DNA of 64,000 bases, from the NCBI GenBank assembly GCA_903944085.1, contig CAJAQO010000321.1, positions 8,340-72,339 of the forward strand, in the 5' to 3' direction. This DNA is from an uncultured Verrucomicrobia subdivision 3 bacterium. Lineage in GTDB: Bacteria > Verrucomicrobiota > Verrucomicrobiia > Limisphaerales > UBA11358. Position numbers and translations under genes: made by a program. Shown piece after piece: positions 22,168-32,820 of the stretch (its first letter is position 1; each line of letters opens with the position of its first letter). The notes beneath the pieces are model-generated. The model saw only the letters and a list, made by a program, of their open reading frames with translations. It did not search any database and was not told the DNA's origin.

Positions 22168-23265
22168 ATGTTCAATCGGTTAAACTTCGCGCTGCTGCTG
22201 GCCGCCGCCATTTTCAGCGGCTGTAAAATCGTTCCCCTTTCGACGCCAAGCGGTTTCAGCCATTTCACCGGGCTGGCGGATTTTTCAAAATTCTCCCGTT
22301 CACAAAATGAAAACGGTGAAACGGTTTTGCTCTCGCCGGAAATCAAATCTGCGATTTCCTGGGATCAACTGGTCGTGTCCTGGAACGCCGAAGCGCCGGC
22401 CGGAACTTTTTTAAAAATCGAGGCGCGCGCCTTTGCGTCCAGTCACGCAACCAAGTTTTACACGCTGGCCAACTGGTCGCTGGACAACAAGCTGTTTCCA
22501 CGCACGAGCGTGCGCGGCCAGAAAGATGCCGACGGCACGGTGGACACCGACACGTTGATTTTGAACCAGCCGGCAAACGCGGTGCAAATCCGCGTGTCGC
22601 TGGGCGGCACGAACGGCGCGTTGCCGACGCTGAAATTTCTCGGCGCTGCTTTTGCCAACACCAAGGCTCCGACCGTCGCGCAGCCGCCAAATCACGCGGC
22701 ATGGGGCAAAATTATTGTGACGCCGGAACATTCGCAGCACGGTTATCCGAATGAAAAAGGCTGGTGCAGTCCGACGTCGCTTTCGATGGTGCTGTCGCGC
22801 TGGGCGGAAAATTTGCACCGGCCGGAAATGAACCTCACCGTGCCGCAAGTCGCGGCGAAAGTTTACGACGAAAGTTTTGCGGGCACGGGCAACTGGCCAT
22901 TCAACACGGCTTTCGCCGGCAGCTTCAGCGGCATGAGAAGTTATGTCACGCGGTTCGACGATATTTCGGAAGTGGAGGATTGGATTGCGGCGGGCATTCC
23001 AGTGATTCTTTCCGCGCGCTGGGACTGGCTGCTGCCGGGTCGTCCGCCGGACAGCGACGGACATTTGATCGTCTGCATCGGCTTCACCGCAAACGGCGAC
23101 GTGGTGATCAACGATCCGGCCACGCGGCTGGACCGGGGCGAATCCGTGCGCCGCATTTATGAACGCGCGGACGTCATCCATTCTTGGACGAAATCGCACA
23201 ATGCCGTTTATCTCGTGTTCCCGGAAAGCGCCGCCATTCCTGAAAACCGTTATGGCCACTGGTAA
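22168..23265 (+). CDS. lipoprotein with a C-terminal peptidase C39-like (papain-fold) domain
   Basis: Lipobox IFSGC. GWCSPTSLSMVLSRW (Cys nucleophile region) and ...DGHLIVCIGFTANGDVVINDP (His region). Confidence 0.6.
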   Translation: MFNRLNFALLLAAAIFSGCKIVPLSTPSGFSHFTGLADFSKFSRSQNENGETVLLSPEIKSAISWDQLVVSWNAEAPAGTFLKIEARAFASSHATKFYTLANWSLDNKLFPRTSVRGQKDADGTVDTDTLILNQPANAVQIRVSLGGTNGALPTLKFLGAAFANTKAPTVAQPPNHAAWGKIIVTPEHSQHGYPNEKGWCSPTSLSMVLSRWAENLHRPEMNLTVPQVAAKVYDESFAGTGNWPFNTAFAGSFSGMRSYVTRFDDISEVEDWIAAGIPVILSARWDWLLPGRPPDSDGHLIVCIGFTANGDVVINDPATRLDRGESVRRIYERADVIHSWTKSHNAVYLVFPESAAIPENRYGHW

Positions 23266-23316
23266 AATTGCGCGAAGCAGGCTTGTTTTTTGGGTTTGAC
23301 AGCGTAGATTGCCAGC

Positions 23317-23775
23317 ATGAAGCACGATGTGGTGCCGGTGCAAATTCGAGGTATTCTCCCCGCCAACAACGGGTGCGCGCTATTCGTCGGCAACGATGAA
23401 AAAGTTTTTGTCATCAGCGTCGAGCCGCAGATGGGCGCGGTCATTGGCATGTTTCTGCGCGACACGCCGAAGGAGCGGCCGCTGACGCATGACCTCATCA
23501 ACCGGATGTTTCAAGGCTTTGGCATCAATGTCGAACGCGTCATCATCACGGACCTGAAAAATTCCACCTATTTCGCGCGGATCATTTTGCAGCAGCAAAA
23601 CGAGCTGGCGCGGAAAATTGTCGAGCTGGACGCGCGGCCGAGCGACTGCCTGGCGCTGGCCGCCGCGCAGAAAAAACCAATTTTTGTTTCGGCTCCGTTG
23701 TTCGAGCAGGTCGAGGACATGACCGCTGTCCTCAATAAAATGAACGAGGCGGGCGGCGAATTGGAATCCGACTGA
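23317..23775 (+). CDS. bifunctional nuclease family protein (BFN/DUF151)
   Basis: 152 aa. The motif RPLTHDLINRMFQGFG...ITDLKNSTYFARI...DARPSDCLALA is characteristic. Confidence 0.8.
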   Translation: MKHDVVPVQIRGILPANNGCALFVGNDEKVFVISVEPQMGAVIGMFLRDTPKERPLTHDLINRMFQGFGINVERVIITDLKNSTYFARIILQQQNELARKIVELDARPSDCLALAAAQKKPIFVSAPLFEQVEDMTAVLNKMNEAGGELESD

Positions 23776-23776
23776 A

Positions 23777-24904
23777 ATGGCCGTGGCCAAGACCAATCCG
23801 CTGGCGCTGGTTTGCGGCGATGACGACTTCGCGGTGAAAGCGCGCGCCCGGCAAATCTTTCAGCAATGGTCGGCGGAACTCGGCGGCATGGATCACGAAA
23901 CCATCGAGGCGAGCGTGAGCAATGGCGGCGAGGCGCTCACCGTTCTGGGCAAGCTGCGCGAGGCGCTGCAAACTCTACCTTTTTTCGGCGGCGGCAAAGT
24001 TGTGTGGCTGCGCGACTGCAATTTTCTCGGCGAAGACCGCACCGCTTCGTCCGCCGCCGTGACCGAGGCGCTGGCGGAACTGGCGGAAGAGTTGAAAACT
24101 TTTTCCTGGCAGACCGTCCGGCTGCTCATCAGCGCGGGCAGGGTGGACAAGCGGAAAGTTTTTTTCAAGACGCTCGACAAAATCGGCACGGTGGAAAATT
24201 TTTCGGCGTGGTCGCAGGATGACAAGGACTGGGCTGACCGGGCGGAAATCGCCGCCGGCGACGCCCTGCGCAAACGGCAGAAAGCCATTTCCGAGGCGGC
24301 GCTGGGCGAGCTGATCAGCCGCGCCGGCGCAAACGCGCGGCAGTTGGAAAATGAAGTTGAAAAGCTCTGCGTTTTCGTCGGCGACCGGGAAAAAATCGAG
24401 CTGGCCGATGTGGCGGCCATTTGTGCGCGCAACAAGACGGCGAAGGCGTTCGCGCTGGGCGACGCGCTGGGCGACCGCGATTTGCCGCGCCTACTCAAGC
24501 GGCTGGACGAGGAGCTTTGGGAAACAAAATTTGACACGGACAAGTCGGAAATTGGCCTGCTTTACGGCCTGATTGGCAAAGTCCGGGCGATGCTGTTGCT
24601 GAAAGAAATGCTGCGCGAAGGCTGGTTGAAAGAAACCCGCGATTACAGCCAGTTCAAGGCTCAACTGGAGCGTGTTCCTGCCGATAAGCTACCAGCGGAC
24701 AAGAAATTTAATCCGCTGGCGCTCAATCCGTATGTGCTTTACAAAGCGCTGCCGCAGGTCAAAAAATATACGTCGGCCGAACTGGTCCGCGCGATGGATG
24801 TGCTGTTGCGCTGCAACCAGCGGCTGGTGTCCAGCGGACTCGACAAAGCGATGGTGCTGCAACAGGCGCTGGTGCAAATTGTGACGCCCGGTGCGGCGGC
24901 CTGA
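23777..24904 (+). CDS. holA: DNA polymerase III delta subunit
   Basis: 375 aa with delta-like blocks (LPFFGGGKVVWLRD; ARQLENEVEKLCVFVG...ELADV; FALGDALGDRD). Confidence 0.6.
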   Translation: MAVAKTNPLALVCGDDDFAVKARARQIFQQWSAELGGMDHETIEASVSNGGEALTVLGKLREALQTLPFFGGGKVVWLRDCNFLGEDRTASSAAVTEALAELAEELKTFSWQTVRLLISAGRVDKRKVFFKTLDKIGTVENFSAWSQDDKDWADRAEIAAGDALRKRQKAISEAALGELISRAGANARQLENEVEKLCVFVGDREKIELADVAAICARNKTAKAFALGDALGDRDLPRLLKRLDEELWETKFDTDKSEIGLLYGLIGKVRAMLLLKEMLREGWLKETRDYSQFKAQLERVPADKLPADKKFNPLALNPYVLYKALPQVKKYTSAELVRAMDVLLRCNQRLVSSGLDKAMVLQQALVQIVTPGAAA

Positions 24905-24929
24905 AAATTTATTTAACGAGAAATCCAAG

Positions 24930-25448
24930 ATGTCATCTGCGAATCTGTCGGTTCTAGTCGGTAAAAACTTTGCCTGCATCAAAATTTGCGGGCGCGGCAA
25001 TTTTGCGTCCAGCCCGGATTTCAAGACGCTGCTGAGCGAACTGGCGCAAAAAGGCTTCCGGCATTTCATCATTGACCTGGGCGAGTGCGTGCTGATGGAC
25101 AGCACGTTTCTCGGCGTGCTGGCGGGCTTTGGCATGAAGCTGAACCCGAACGGCGCGCCGGCCGAGCGCGGGATCGAACTGCACAACGCCACGCCCCGCG
25201 TGAGCGAGCTGTTGGAAAATCTTGGCGCGGCGCATCTGTTCAAGCTCACCAGCGGGCCGCTGCAACTGCCGGCAGACGTGAAGACCTGCACGCCGGAATC
25301 CATCAATCCGACGCACGAACAAATCACCCGGACAAGCCTCGAGGCGCACCAGACCCTGATGGCGATGAACCCGGAAAATATCGCGCGGTTCAAGGACGTG
25401 GCGCAGTTTCTGGCCGAGGATTTGAAGAGCCTCGAAAAAGCCACCTGA
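24930..25448 (+). CDS. STAS-domain protein (anti-sigma-factor antagonist-like)
   Basis: GRGNFASSPDFKTLLSEL...FIIDLGECVLMDSTFLGVLAG is a STAS pattern. The ATG at 24930 follows the holA stop. Confidence 0.65.
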   Translation: MSSANLSVLVGKNFACIKICGRGNFASSPDFKTLLSELAQKGFRHFIIDLGECVLMDSTFLGVLAGFGMKLNPNGAPAERGIELHNATPRVSELLENLGAAHLFKLTSGPLQLPADVKTCTPESINPTHEQITRTSLEAHQTLMAMNPENIARFKDVAQFLAEDLKSLEKAT

Positions 25449-25471
25449 CTTTTTTCTGAATTTTGGAAAAC

Positions 25472-25507
25472 AAAAAGGCGGTGGTCATTTGACCACCGCC
25501 TTTTTGT
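25472..25507. terminator. bidirectional rho-independent terminator
   Basis: aaaaa-GGCGGTGGTC-attt-GACCACCGCC-ttttt, lying between convergent STAS and ftsH. Confidence 0.8.
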
Positions 25508-25517
25508 TTGAAAAACT

Positions 25518-27563
25518 TCAGCCGGCCGGTGCCGGCGCCGGCGTGCCGAGACCCGGCAGTTTGGGCGGCGCGGGTTTGGGCGGATTTTCCGGCAGCGGCG
25601 TGCCGGCCGGCGCACCCATCATCGGGGTGGTGTTTACCGGCGGTTTGGGCGGCGGCGTGAACGTGCCCGTGGTGATGATGTCGGCCACCTGCGTGCCGTC
25701 GAGGGTTTCATATTCGAGCAGGCCGTTGGCAACCTGTTCGAGTTTGTCGCGGTTGTCCTCGATCATTTTCTTGGCGGTCTGGAAGGAGCCGTCCACGATG
25801 CGTTTGACTTCGGCGTCAATGTCCTGCGCCGTGGCTTCGCTGTAATCCTTCGTGCGCATCATGTCGCGGCCGAGGAAAACATATTCCTGCGCCTCGCCGT
25901 AAAGCACGTTGCCGAGTTTTTCGCTCATGCCCCAGTGCATGACCATCGCCTTGGCGAGCTGCGTGGCCTGCTGAATGTCCATCGCTGCGCCGCTGGAAAT
26001 ATCGTCGGTGACATATTCCTCGGCGATGCGTCCGCCCATCGTCATGATGATCGTGTCAATGGCCTGTTTGCGGCGCATGTTCAACATGTCTTCTTTCGGC
26101 AAAGACATCGTGACGCCCAGCGCGCGGCCGCGCGGAATGATGGTGACCTTGTGCAGCGGATGCGTGTGCTTGAGCAGCACGTTCAAAATCGCGTGGCCGG
26201 CCTCGTGCCAGGCGGTGGCGCGTTTCTCTTCGTCGCTCATGGCCATGCTGCGGCGTTCGCGGCCCCAGCGGACTTTGTCGCGGGCTTCTTCAAGTTCAGC
26301 CTGGCCGACGCCTTTTTTGTTGGTGCGCGCCGCGAGCAATGCGGCTTCGTTCAAAAGATTGGCGAGTTCCGCTCCGGAATAACCGGGCGTGCCGCGCGCG
26401 ATGATGGACAAATCCACTTCCGGCAGCAGCTTCACGTTTTTGGCGTGAACTTTCAAAATGCCTTCGCGACCGCGCACATCCGGCAAATTCACCGTCACCT
26501 GCCGGTCAAAACGGCCGGGGCGGAGCAGGGCGGGATCGAGCACATCAGGCCGGTTCGTCGCGGCGATAATGATGATGCCTTCCTGCGTATCAAAGCCGTC
26601 CATCTCGACGAGCAGCGCGTTCAAAGTCTGTTCGCGTTCATCGTTGCCGCCGCCGAGGCCGTGACCACGCGACCGACCCACCGCGTCAATTTCATCAATG
26701 AAAATCAAACAAGGCGTAGATTTGCGCGCCTGCTCAAACATGTCGCGCACGCGGCTCGCGCCGACGCCGACGAACATTTCCACGAAGTCCGAACCGCTGA
26801 TGCTGAAGAAGGCGGCGTCCGCCTCGCCCGCGATGGCCTTGGCCAGAAGCGTTTTGCCGGTGCCGGGCGGCCCGACCATCAGCACGCCTTTCGGAATGCG
26901 TCCGCCGAGGCGCTGGAATTTTTTTGGGTCTTTCAAAAACTCGACAAGTTCGGAAACTTCCTCAATCGCCTCATCCACGCCGGCCACATCTTTGAAAGTG
27001 GTTTTATTGCGGTCTTTGGCGAGCATGCGCGCCTTGCTTTTGCCGAAGCTTAAAGCGCCTTTGCCAGCCGCCTTGATTTGCCGGATGAAGAAGAACCAGA
27101 ACAGCACGCCCAAAATCAGAAACGGCGCGACGCCCCAAATCAGGTTCATCACCACTACGTTCGGGGAACTGATGGTGATTTTCTGCGAATGCGTCAGCAC
27201 GTTTTGCGCCTCCTGCGTGAAAACGAAATTCTGCACGATGAAGGGAATTTCATCCTTGGTCAGCTTGCCGTCCTTCTCGGCCCGGTAGTAGGTGCCGTGA
27301 ACTTCCACGAGCGGCAGCGTTTGCTGGTTCACGACCACCGTTGCGCCGGCAATCTGATTGGAGCTGAATTTGTCCATGAACACGGACTGCGCGAGCGGTT
27401 CGGCGGGCGTCGTGATCCGCTGCTTCATCAGAAACAGCGCCACCGCCGCCGCAATAATCCCGGTCCAGGCCAGCAGCGTGAAAATGGGGATGTTATTAAA
27501 GCTCTTGCCCGGCGGCTTTTTTTGGCCGCCGTTGTCCTTTGAATTTGAATCGTCCTCAAACAT
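25518..27563 (-). CDS. ftsH: ATP-dependent zinc metalloprotease FtsH
   Basis: 681 aa with two N-terminal TM helices, Walker A GPPGTGKT, Walker B IFIDEIDA, and the zinc motif HEAGHA. Confidence 0.97.
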   Translation of the reverse strand: MFEDDSNSKDNGGQKKPPGKSFNNIPIFTLLAWTGIIAAAVALFLMKQRITTPAEPLAQSVFMDKFSSNQIAGATVVVNQQTLPLVEVHGTYYRAEKDGKLTKDEIPFIVQNFVFTQEAQNVLTHSQKITISSPNVVVMNLIWGVAPFLILGVLFWFFFIRQIKAAGKGALSFGKSKARMLAKDRNKTTFKDVAGVDEAIEEVSELVEFLKDPKKFQRLGGRIPKGVLMVGPPGTGKTLLAKAIAGEADAAFFSISGSDFVEMFVGVGASRVRDMFEQARKSTPCLIFIDEIDAVGRSRGHGLGGGNDEREQTLNALLVEMDGFDTQEGIIIIAATNRPDVLDPALLRPGRFDRQVTVNLPDVRGREGILKVHAKNVKLLPEVDLSIIARGTPGYSGAELANLLNEAALLAARTNKKGVGQAELEEARDKVRWGRERRSMAMSDEEKRATAWHEAGHAILNVLLKHTHPLHKVTIIPRGRALGVTMSLPKEDMLNMRRKQAIDTIIMTMGGRIAEEYVTDDISSGAAMDIQQATQLAKAMVMHWGMSEKLGNVLYGEAQEYVFLGRDMMRTKDYSEATAQDIDAEVKRIVDGSFQTAKKMIEDNRDKLEQVANGLLEYETLDGTQVADIITTGTFTPPPKPPVNTTPMMGAPAGTPLPENPPKPAPPKLPGLGTPAPAPAG

Positions 27564-27631
27564 TTAGATTGCGCCAAAGTATCACGCCATTACCGCTTTC
27601 GCAATCAATCAATTCCGCTATCATCTGCCGG

Positions 27632-28735
27632 ATGCGCTTTGGCCCGCTCGAACTCAACTCCAACCTGTTTCTCTCGCCGCTGGCGGGCTACACCAATCTG
27701 CCGTTCCGGCTGGTCGTGCGTGAACTCGGCGGGGTCGGGCTGTGCACCACCGATCTCGTCAACGCGCGCTCGCTGATCGAAAAACGCGAGAAGGCGTTCA
27801 AGCTCATCGAGACGCGCCCGGCGGATGCGCCGCTAGCGGTGCAGCTTTTCGGTTCCGTGCCGGAAGAAATGCGCGATGCCGCGCTCGTGGTCGAATCGCG
27901 CGGCGCAGTTTCGGTGGACATCAACATGGGCTGTCCGGTGAAAAAAGTTGTCAAGATTGGCGGCGGCTCGGCAATGATGACCGAACTGGACAAAACCGCC
28001 GCGCTCGTTCGCGGCATGGTCAATGCCGTGAAAATTCCCGTCACGGCGAAAATGCGGCTGGGCTGGGACGACGATAATTTGACCGCGCCGGATTTGGCCC
28101 GCGCGCTGGGAGACGCGGGCGTCGCCGCGATATTTGTTCACGGCCGCACGCGCGAACAGGGATTTGGCGGCACGGTCAACCTCGCGGGCATTCGCAAAGT
28201 GGTCGAAGCGGTAAAGCACATTCCCGTCATCGGCAATGGCGACATCGTGACGCCACAAGCCGCCAAAAAAATGCTGGAAGAAACCGGGTGCGCCGGCGTG
28301 AGCATCGGGCGCGGCGCGTTTTATGATCCGTGGATTTTCAAGCGGACGGTGCATTTGCTGCAAACCGGGGAATTGCAGCCCGAAGAAAATTTCACCGAGC
28401 GCGTGCGCGTGATGCGACGGCACTTGGCTTTGATGATCGAAGTTTTTGGCGAGGAGCTGGGCTGCCGGATGTTCCGCAAAGTCGCGCCCTGGTATGCCAA
28501 GCGATTTGGCCCGTGCCACGAGTTCAACAAAAAAGTCGTGCAGCTCCAATCCCAGGAACAGTTCGCGGAAATTCTGGAAAATTACCGCCGTTGGCGGTGG
28601 CAGTTCCTGGATGACCACGGCGAATTGCAACCGCGCTACCAGCCCGCGCCGATGGTGGCGTCCTTCATGCGCGAGCCGGATTCAATCCCTCGCGAACATA
28701 TTCCCGTGCCGAAAGGGCCGGTGGAAGTGTGGTGA
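27632..28735 (+). CDS. dus: tRNA-dihydrouridine synthase
   Basis: LSPLAGYTNLPFR, DINMGCPVKKV, KMRLGWD and VHGRTREQ are Dus family blocks. The ATG at 27632 avoids overlapping ftsH. Confidence 0.88.
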   Translation: MRFGPLELNSNLFLSPLAGYTNLPFRLVVRELGGVGLCTTDLVNARSLIEKREKAFKLIETRPADAPLAVQLFGSVPEEMRDAALVVESRGAVSVDINMGCPVKKVVKIGGGSAMMTELDKTAALVRGMVNAVKIPVTAKMRLGWDDDNLTAPDLARALGDAGVAAIFVHGRTREQGFGGTVNLAGIRKVVEAVKHIPVIGNGDIVTPQAAKKMLEETGCAGVSIGRGAFYDPWIFKRTVHLLQTGELQPEENFTERVRVMRRHLALMIEVFGEELGCRMFRKVAPWYAKRFGPCHEFNKKVVQLQSQEQFAEILENYRRWRWQFLDDHGELQPRYQPAPMVASFMREPDSIPREHIPVPKGPVEVW

Positions 28736-28823
28736 AACATCAACCGCGCGTTTTTCCGTTTGCGCAATTTGGATCGTGTGCGAAACTGCCTCGCCAATCC
28801 CTACCAAACCAAAGGAATTATCT

Positions 28824-29129
28824 ATGCGCATGTTAATGAACGTCACGCTGCCCCATCACACCTTCAACGCCGCGGTCAAAGACGGCACGGTCGGCGCGAA
28901 GCTGAACAAGATTCTGGAGGCCATCAAACCGGAAGCGGTTTATTTCACCGAGCAAAATGGCCAGCGCGGCGCGGTGCTGGTCGTGAACCTGCCGGATGAT
29001 TCGCAAGTTCCCGCGCTGGCGGAGCCGTGGTTCCTCACGTTTGAGGCCGATGTCGAAATTCGCATCGCGATGACGCCGGACGACTTGAAGCACAGCGGCA
29101 TTGACGACCTGGGTAAGAAGTGGTGTTGA
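28824..29129 (+). CDS. small conserved protein of unknown function (about 101 aa)
   Basis: An AAAGGAA RBS-like element lies upstream of the ATG at 28824. The sequence MRMLMNVTLPHHTFNAAVKDGTVGAKLNKILE...EAVYFTEQNG.RGAVLVVNL resembles a widespread small-protein family that I recall but could not verify. Confidence 0.5.
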   Translation: MRMLMNVTLPHHTFNAAVKDGTVGAKLNKILEAIKPEAVYFTEQNGQRGAVLVVNLPDDSQVPALAEPWFLTFEADVEIRIAMTPDDLKHSGIDDLGKKWC

Positions 29130-29190
29130 ATCCGGTCCGCGCCGAAATCCCCAGACGCACGCAATCGCCGACGCAAGCGCGCCGACGGCA

Positions 29191-29415
29191 TCATCCGCGT
29201 TTCGGCCGCTGGGGTTTTTCGCCGAAGACCTGGTCAATCACTTTTCGGAACTGGCTTTCGGCCGCCGGCGGGGGCGTTTGCGGGCCGGCGATTTCCGCCT
29301 CCAGATCCAGCACAAAAGTTTTCAACCGCTCGCAACGGGCGTGGAGCTTTTTGATCTCGACCTCCAAATGTCCGACTTCGGTGCGCAGGCTGGCGGCGAT
29401 TTCTTGTTTATTCAT
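29191..29415 (-). CDS. possible small coiled-coil protein
   Basis: MNKQEIAASLRTEVGHLEVEIKKLHARCERLKTFVLDLEAEI... This is only the distal part of a longer ORF that otherwise overlaps gpx. Confidence 0.3.
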   Translation of the reverse strand: MNKQEIAASLRTEVGHLEVEIKKLHARCERLKTFVLDLEAEIAGPQTPPPAAESQFRKVIDQVFGEKPQRPKRG

Positions 29416-29513
29416 GATGACGTGGCTGGATGGAACCGCCCGAATGTGAACGCTGGAAAATGATTTGGCAAGCCGCCGCTGAACTGGTTTCCGCGCGGTG
29501 ATTCCAGCGTGGT

Positions 29514-30062
29514 TCACTTCGCCGCCAGCGCGGCTTCGATGGCTTGGGTCAGTTCTTCCGAATCCGGCTTCACTTTGGAATCGAAGCGGTTCAGGATTTT
29601 GCCGTCGCGCCCGATCAGGAACTTGGTGAAATTCCATTTGATGTTGCCGGGAAACGGCGATTCGCCGCCGGCCAGCGCGACGTAAAGCGGATGCCGGTTC
29701 GCGCCGTTGACTTCCAGCTTGTCGAACATCGGAAACGTCACGTTGTATTTGGCCGTGCAAAATTCCTTGATGTCCGCGTCCGTGCCCGGCTCCTGCCCGC
29801 CAAACTGGTTGCACGGGAAGCCGCACACGACGAATCCCTGCCAGCTGTATTTTTTATAGACGGATTCCAGCGCGGCGTATTGCGGCGTGTAACCGCATTT
29901 CGACGCGACGTTGACGACGAGCAGCACCTTGCCGGCGTAGGGCTTGAGCGTGGTGTCTTTGCCGTCAATGTCCTTGAGCGGAATATCGTAAAGCGATCCG
30001 GCGGCGTGAAGCGAAATGGAGGCGGTCATAATTGTGGCGAGCAAAAGCAAAATTATTTTCAT
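29514..30062 (-). CDS. glutathione peroxidase (secreted)
   Basis: VASKCGYT, FPCNQFGGQEP and WNFTKFL motifs, with signal peptide MKIILLLLATIMTASISLHA from the ATG at 30062. Confidence 0.9.
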   Translation of the reverse strand: MKIILLLLATIMTASISLHAAGSLYDIPLKDIDGKDTTLKPYAGKVLLVVNVASKCGYTPQYAALESVYKKYSWQGFVVCGFPCNQFGGQEPGTDADIKEFCTAKYNVTFPMFDKLEVNGANRHPLYVALAGGESPFPGNIKWNFTKFLIGRDGKILNRFDSKVKPDSEELTQAIEAALAAK

Positions 30063-30134
30063 GGCGCAAACCATGCCCCGGGTTGGGCCAACTGTCAAAT
30101 GGCGGCGCGGCCGGCGAAAAAAACGGGCGCCAGT

Positions 30135-30923
30135 TCAACGCCGCCCGTCATACCAGATGAACGCGGCTTCGCGGCTGGTCAGCATCCGGCGCTGATTGAA
30201 AACGGCCCGCACAAAGAATCCCAGATGTTCGCGCGCCGTGTAGAGTTTCATTTTGCGCGCCGAGGTTTTGAGCGGATGCCGGTGGAGGATGACGATGCGC
30301 CGGCCCATTTCGCGCGCGAGTTTTTTCAGCCGCTGACTCAAATCAATTTCCTCCGCCGCAAACAGTTCGCGGCTGAACCCGCCGACTTGCCGGAACGCCG
30401 CCGCTTCGACGAAAATAAACGAGCCGGCCATGAACCGGTTCCAGCGGCTGATGCCATTCCACAATTGCGTGATGAGGCCCGGAATAAACATTTTTTCATC
30501 CAGCCGGACGGTCACGCCGCCGGCGAGACAGCGAGCGGAGCGGATTTGTTCCGCAACATCCGCAAACAGTTCCGCGCTGGGATGCGAATCGGCGTCCACA
30601 AAAATCAGCCAGTCGCCGGCGGCGGCGGCCGCGCCGGCGTTCCGCGCGCGGGCAATCTGGTTGACCGGCTCAAACACGACTTTGGCTCCGGCGGCGCGGG
30701 CGATGTCGGCGGTGCGGTCCGTGGAATTATTGTCGCAGACAACGAGTTCGAATTTCCAGCCAAGCCGGGTGAAGGCGGCGGTGGCGGCTTGAATCTCGGC
30801 CAGGGAAGCACCGAGCAACTTCTCCTCGTTGAAGGCGGGGACGATGACGGAAATTTGCACGCGGCCAACATAACCGGTGTGGCGGGCTTTGCAACTGGGA
30901 CCGGCGCTTTGGCGCGGACTCAT
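30135..30923 (-). CDS. family 2 glycosyltransferase
   Basis: SVIVPAFNEE, VVCDNNSTDRT and FVDADS (DxD) motifs. The start is uncertain (30923 or 30941). Confidence 0.8.
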   Translation of the reverse strand: MSPRQSAGPSCKARHTGYVGRVQISVIVPAFNEEKLLGASLAEIQAATAAFTRLGWKFELVVCDNNSTDRTADIARAAGAKVVFEPVNQIARARNAGAAAAAGDWLIFVDADSHPSAELFADVAEQIRSARCLAGGVTVRLDEKMFIPGLITQLWNGISRWNRFMAGSFIFVEAAAFRQVGGFSRELFAAEEIDLSQRLKKLAREMGRRIVILHRHPLKTSARKMKLYTAREHLGFFVRAVFNQRRMLTSREAAFIWYDGRR

Positions 30924-30969
30924 CACATTTTCGTCGTGCATTTTTTCCGGGATGTTTTTTAATGGTGGT

Positions 30970-32196
30970 ATGACCATTTGGATTTTTGCAATTTTGGTGA
31001 TGGCGGCGGCGGCCTTGGCGGGCTGGCGGCAAGGCGCGATCCGCGCGGCGTTCGCATTTGGCAGCATCCTGCTGGCCGCGCTGCTGGCGGCACCGCTCGG
31101 CCGGCTGTTTCATCCGCTCCTGCCGCACTTTGGCGCGAGCAATCCGGTGACGGCGTGGGCGCTCGCACCGGTGGTCGGCTTTATCGTGGGCTCGATTCCG
31201 TTGCTCGTGGCCGGGCAGATGGTGCATCAGCGGGTGGAACATTTTTACAAATACTCGGCCGGCGATTTGCGGCTGGCGTTGTGGTCGCGGCTCGTCGCCC
31301 GGCTGGGCATCTGCCTCGGCCTGCTGAACGGCGCGGCGTATTTCATCCTCATCAGTTTTTTTATTTTCAACCTGACTTATTGGACCACGCAATTGACGGC
31401 GACGGCGGCGAGTCAGCCGCTGACGATCCGCTTGGCCAACAAGCTGGGCGAAGATTTGCAGGCCACCGGCTTTGCCAAAACCGCGAGCGCGGTGGGCACG
31501 CTGCCGCCGACGTTTTATCAACTGGCGGATTTGTCCGGGCTGCTGATGCAGAATCCGCAACTGGGCGCGCGCGTGGCGCAATATCCCGGGCTGGTCTCGT
31601 TGTGGCAGCGCGAGGACCTGCAAGCACTCGTCACCGATCCCGTCCTGACGAATGCCATGACTTCCGGCGCGTCGCTCGGCGACATCGCGAATACACCGTC
31701 CGTGCAAAGTCTGCTGGCGAACAAAGAACTTTCCAAACAGTTGTGGGGCATTTTGATCACCAACCTGGACGATTTTTCCGGCTATCTGCAAACCGGCAAG
31801 TCGGCGAAGTATGACGGCGAAAAAATCCTGGGCCACTGGGAATTTAATGCCGGCGTGACGGTGGCGTGGCTGCGCCAGAACCAGCCCAAAATGCCCGCGA
31901 GCGAAATGCGCAACATCCGCGCCTGGATGACCCAGGCCTATGCGCAAACCCGGGTGCTGCTGACGGGCGATAACCAGATTTTCATCAAGAGCCTGCCGCA
32001 CCTCAAAACGCAGGCCGGCCAGCCGCCCACCACCGAGTTTGAAAACTGGAAGGGCGACTGGAGCCGCGACGGCAGCAATTACACGCTGCACGTCACCTTC
32101 AACGGCGATGACAAGTTCATGAGTGGCACGACCGACGGCCTGCGGCTCACGATCAAGGACGGGAAAAACATGCTGATTTTCGATCACGCAGATTAA
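30970..32196 (+). CDS. CvpA-family membrane protein with a large C-terminal extension
   Basis: An N-terminal CvpA-like multi-TM region follows the ATG at 30970. The gene is divergent from the GT2 gene. Confidence 0.55.
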   Translation: MTIWIFAILVMAAAALAGWRQGAIRAAFAFGSILLAALLAAPLGRLFHPLLPHFGASNPVTAWALAPVVGFIVGSIPLLVAGQMVHQRVEHFYKYSAGDLRLALWSRLVARLGICLGLLNGAAYFILISFFIFNLTYWTTQLTATAASQPLTIRLANKLGEDLQATGFAKTASAVGTLPPTFYQLADLSGLLMQNPQLGARVAQYPGLVSLWQREDLQALVTDPVLTNAMTSGASLGDIANTPSVQSLLANKELSKQLWGILITNLDDFSGYLQTGKSAKYDGEKILGHWEFNAGVTVAWLRQNQPKMPASEMRNIRAWMTQAYAQTRVLLTGDNQIFIKSLPHLKTQAGQPPTTEFENWKGDWSRDGSNYTLHVTFNGDDKFMSGTTDGLRLTIKDGKNMLIFDHAD

Positions 32197-32298
32197 GCCC
32201 GAATTCTGGACGGTCGGTTGATTTTGAGACACCGCAGGCGACAATACATTTTGTTTTCCAGCTTTTTGTCGCGGCCTGATTTTTGCTTCTAAGGCGGC

Positions 32299-32709
32299 AT
32301 GGACGCAAAAAAATTTTCCGCCGCCCTCGCGCTGCTGCTAGTCGGATTGTTTTTGACGGGCTGCCAAAAAGATTCGGCGCAGCAAAAAACCGCTGCGACC
32401 GGTCTTGCCGCCGGCACCGGCGGCAGCAACGCTGACACCAATTCCGTGGCCCGCGATCTGGGCACTTTGATGCTGACGAATCATTATGAAACGTGCGTGC
32501 AGCTCGGCGCGGGCAAGAATTGCATTCTCACTCCCAAAATGATTGACCGCCATAACATGCAACTCACGCTGGCGGTGGAATCCAAGACCGCCACCGGCAA
32601 AATGCATGACCTGTCCGTCACCCAAGTCGTCACGCCGGCCGGCAAACCGGTGGAAGTGGCGGTTGGTGATTTCAGTCTGAGCCTGACGCCAAACATCGCG
32701 GCGGAATAA
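32299..32709 (+). CDS. lipoprotein
   Basis: Lipobox LFLTGC, 136 aa. Confidence 0.55.
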   Translation: MDAKKFSAALALLLVGLFLTGCQKDSAQQKTAATGLAAGTGGSNADTNSVARDLGTLMLTNHYETCVQLGAGKNCILTPKMIDRHNMQLTLAVESKTATGKMHDLSVTQVVTPAGKPVEVAVGDFSLSLTPNIAAE

Positions 32710-32820
32710 TAAAAATGCGGTTGTGACCGGCGCGATTTGTTTGGCGCGCGCGTCAAAAGTTTTCCGGACAAAACTGAAAATTCTTTCGCCGGCGTAAGCG
32801 AGCCATTAGCCTTGCCGCGC

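Noticed and set aside
25489-25845. A Gly-rich 118-aa plus ORF.
   Set aside because: It is antisense to the Pro-rich C-terminal tail of FtsH.
29416-29826. The upstream 137 codons of ORF 29191..29826.
   Set aside because: This part overlaps the glutathione peroxidase gene in another frame and has a junk-like composition. Only the distal coiled-coil part is kept, at low confidence.
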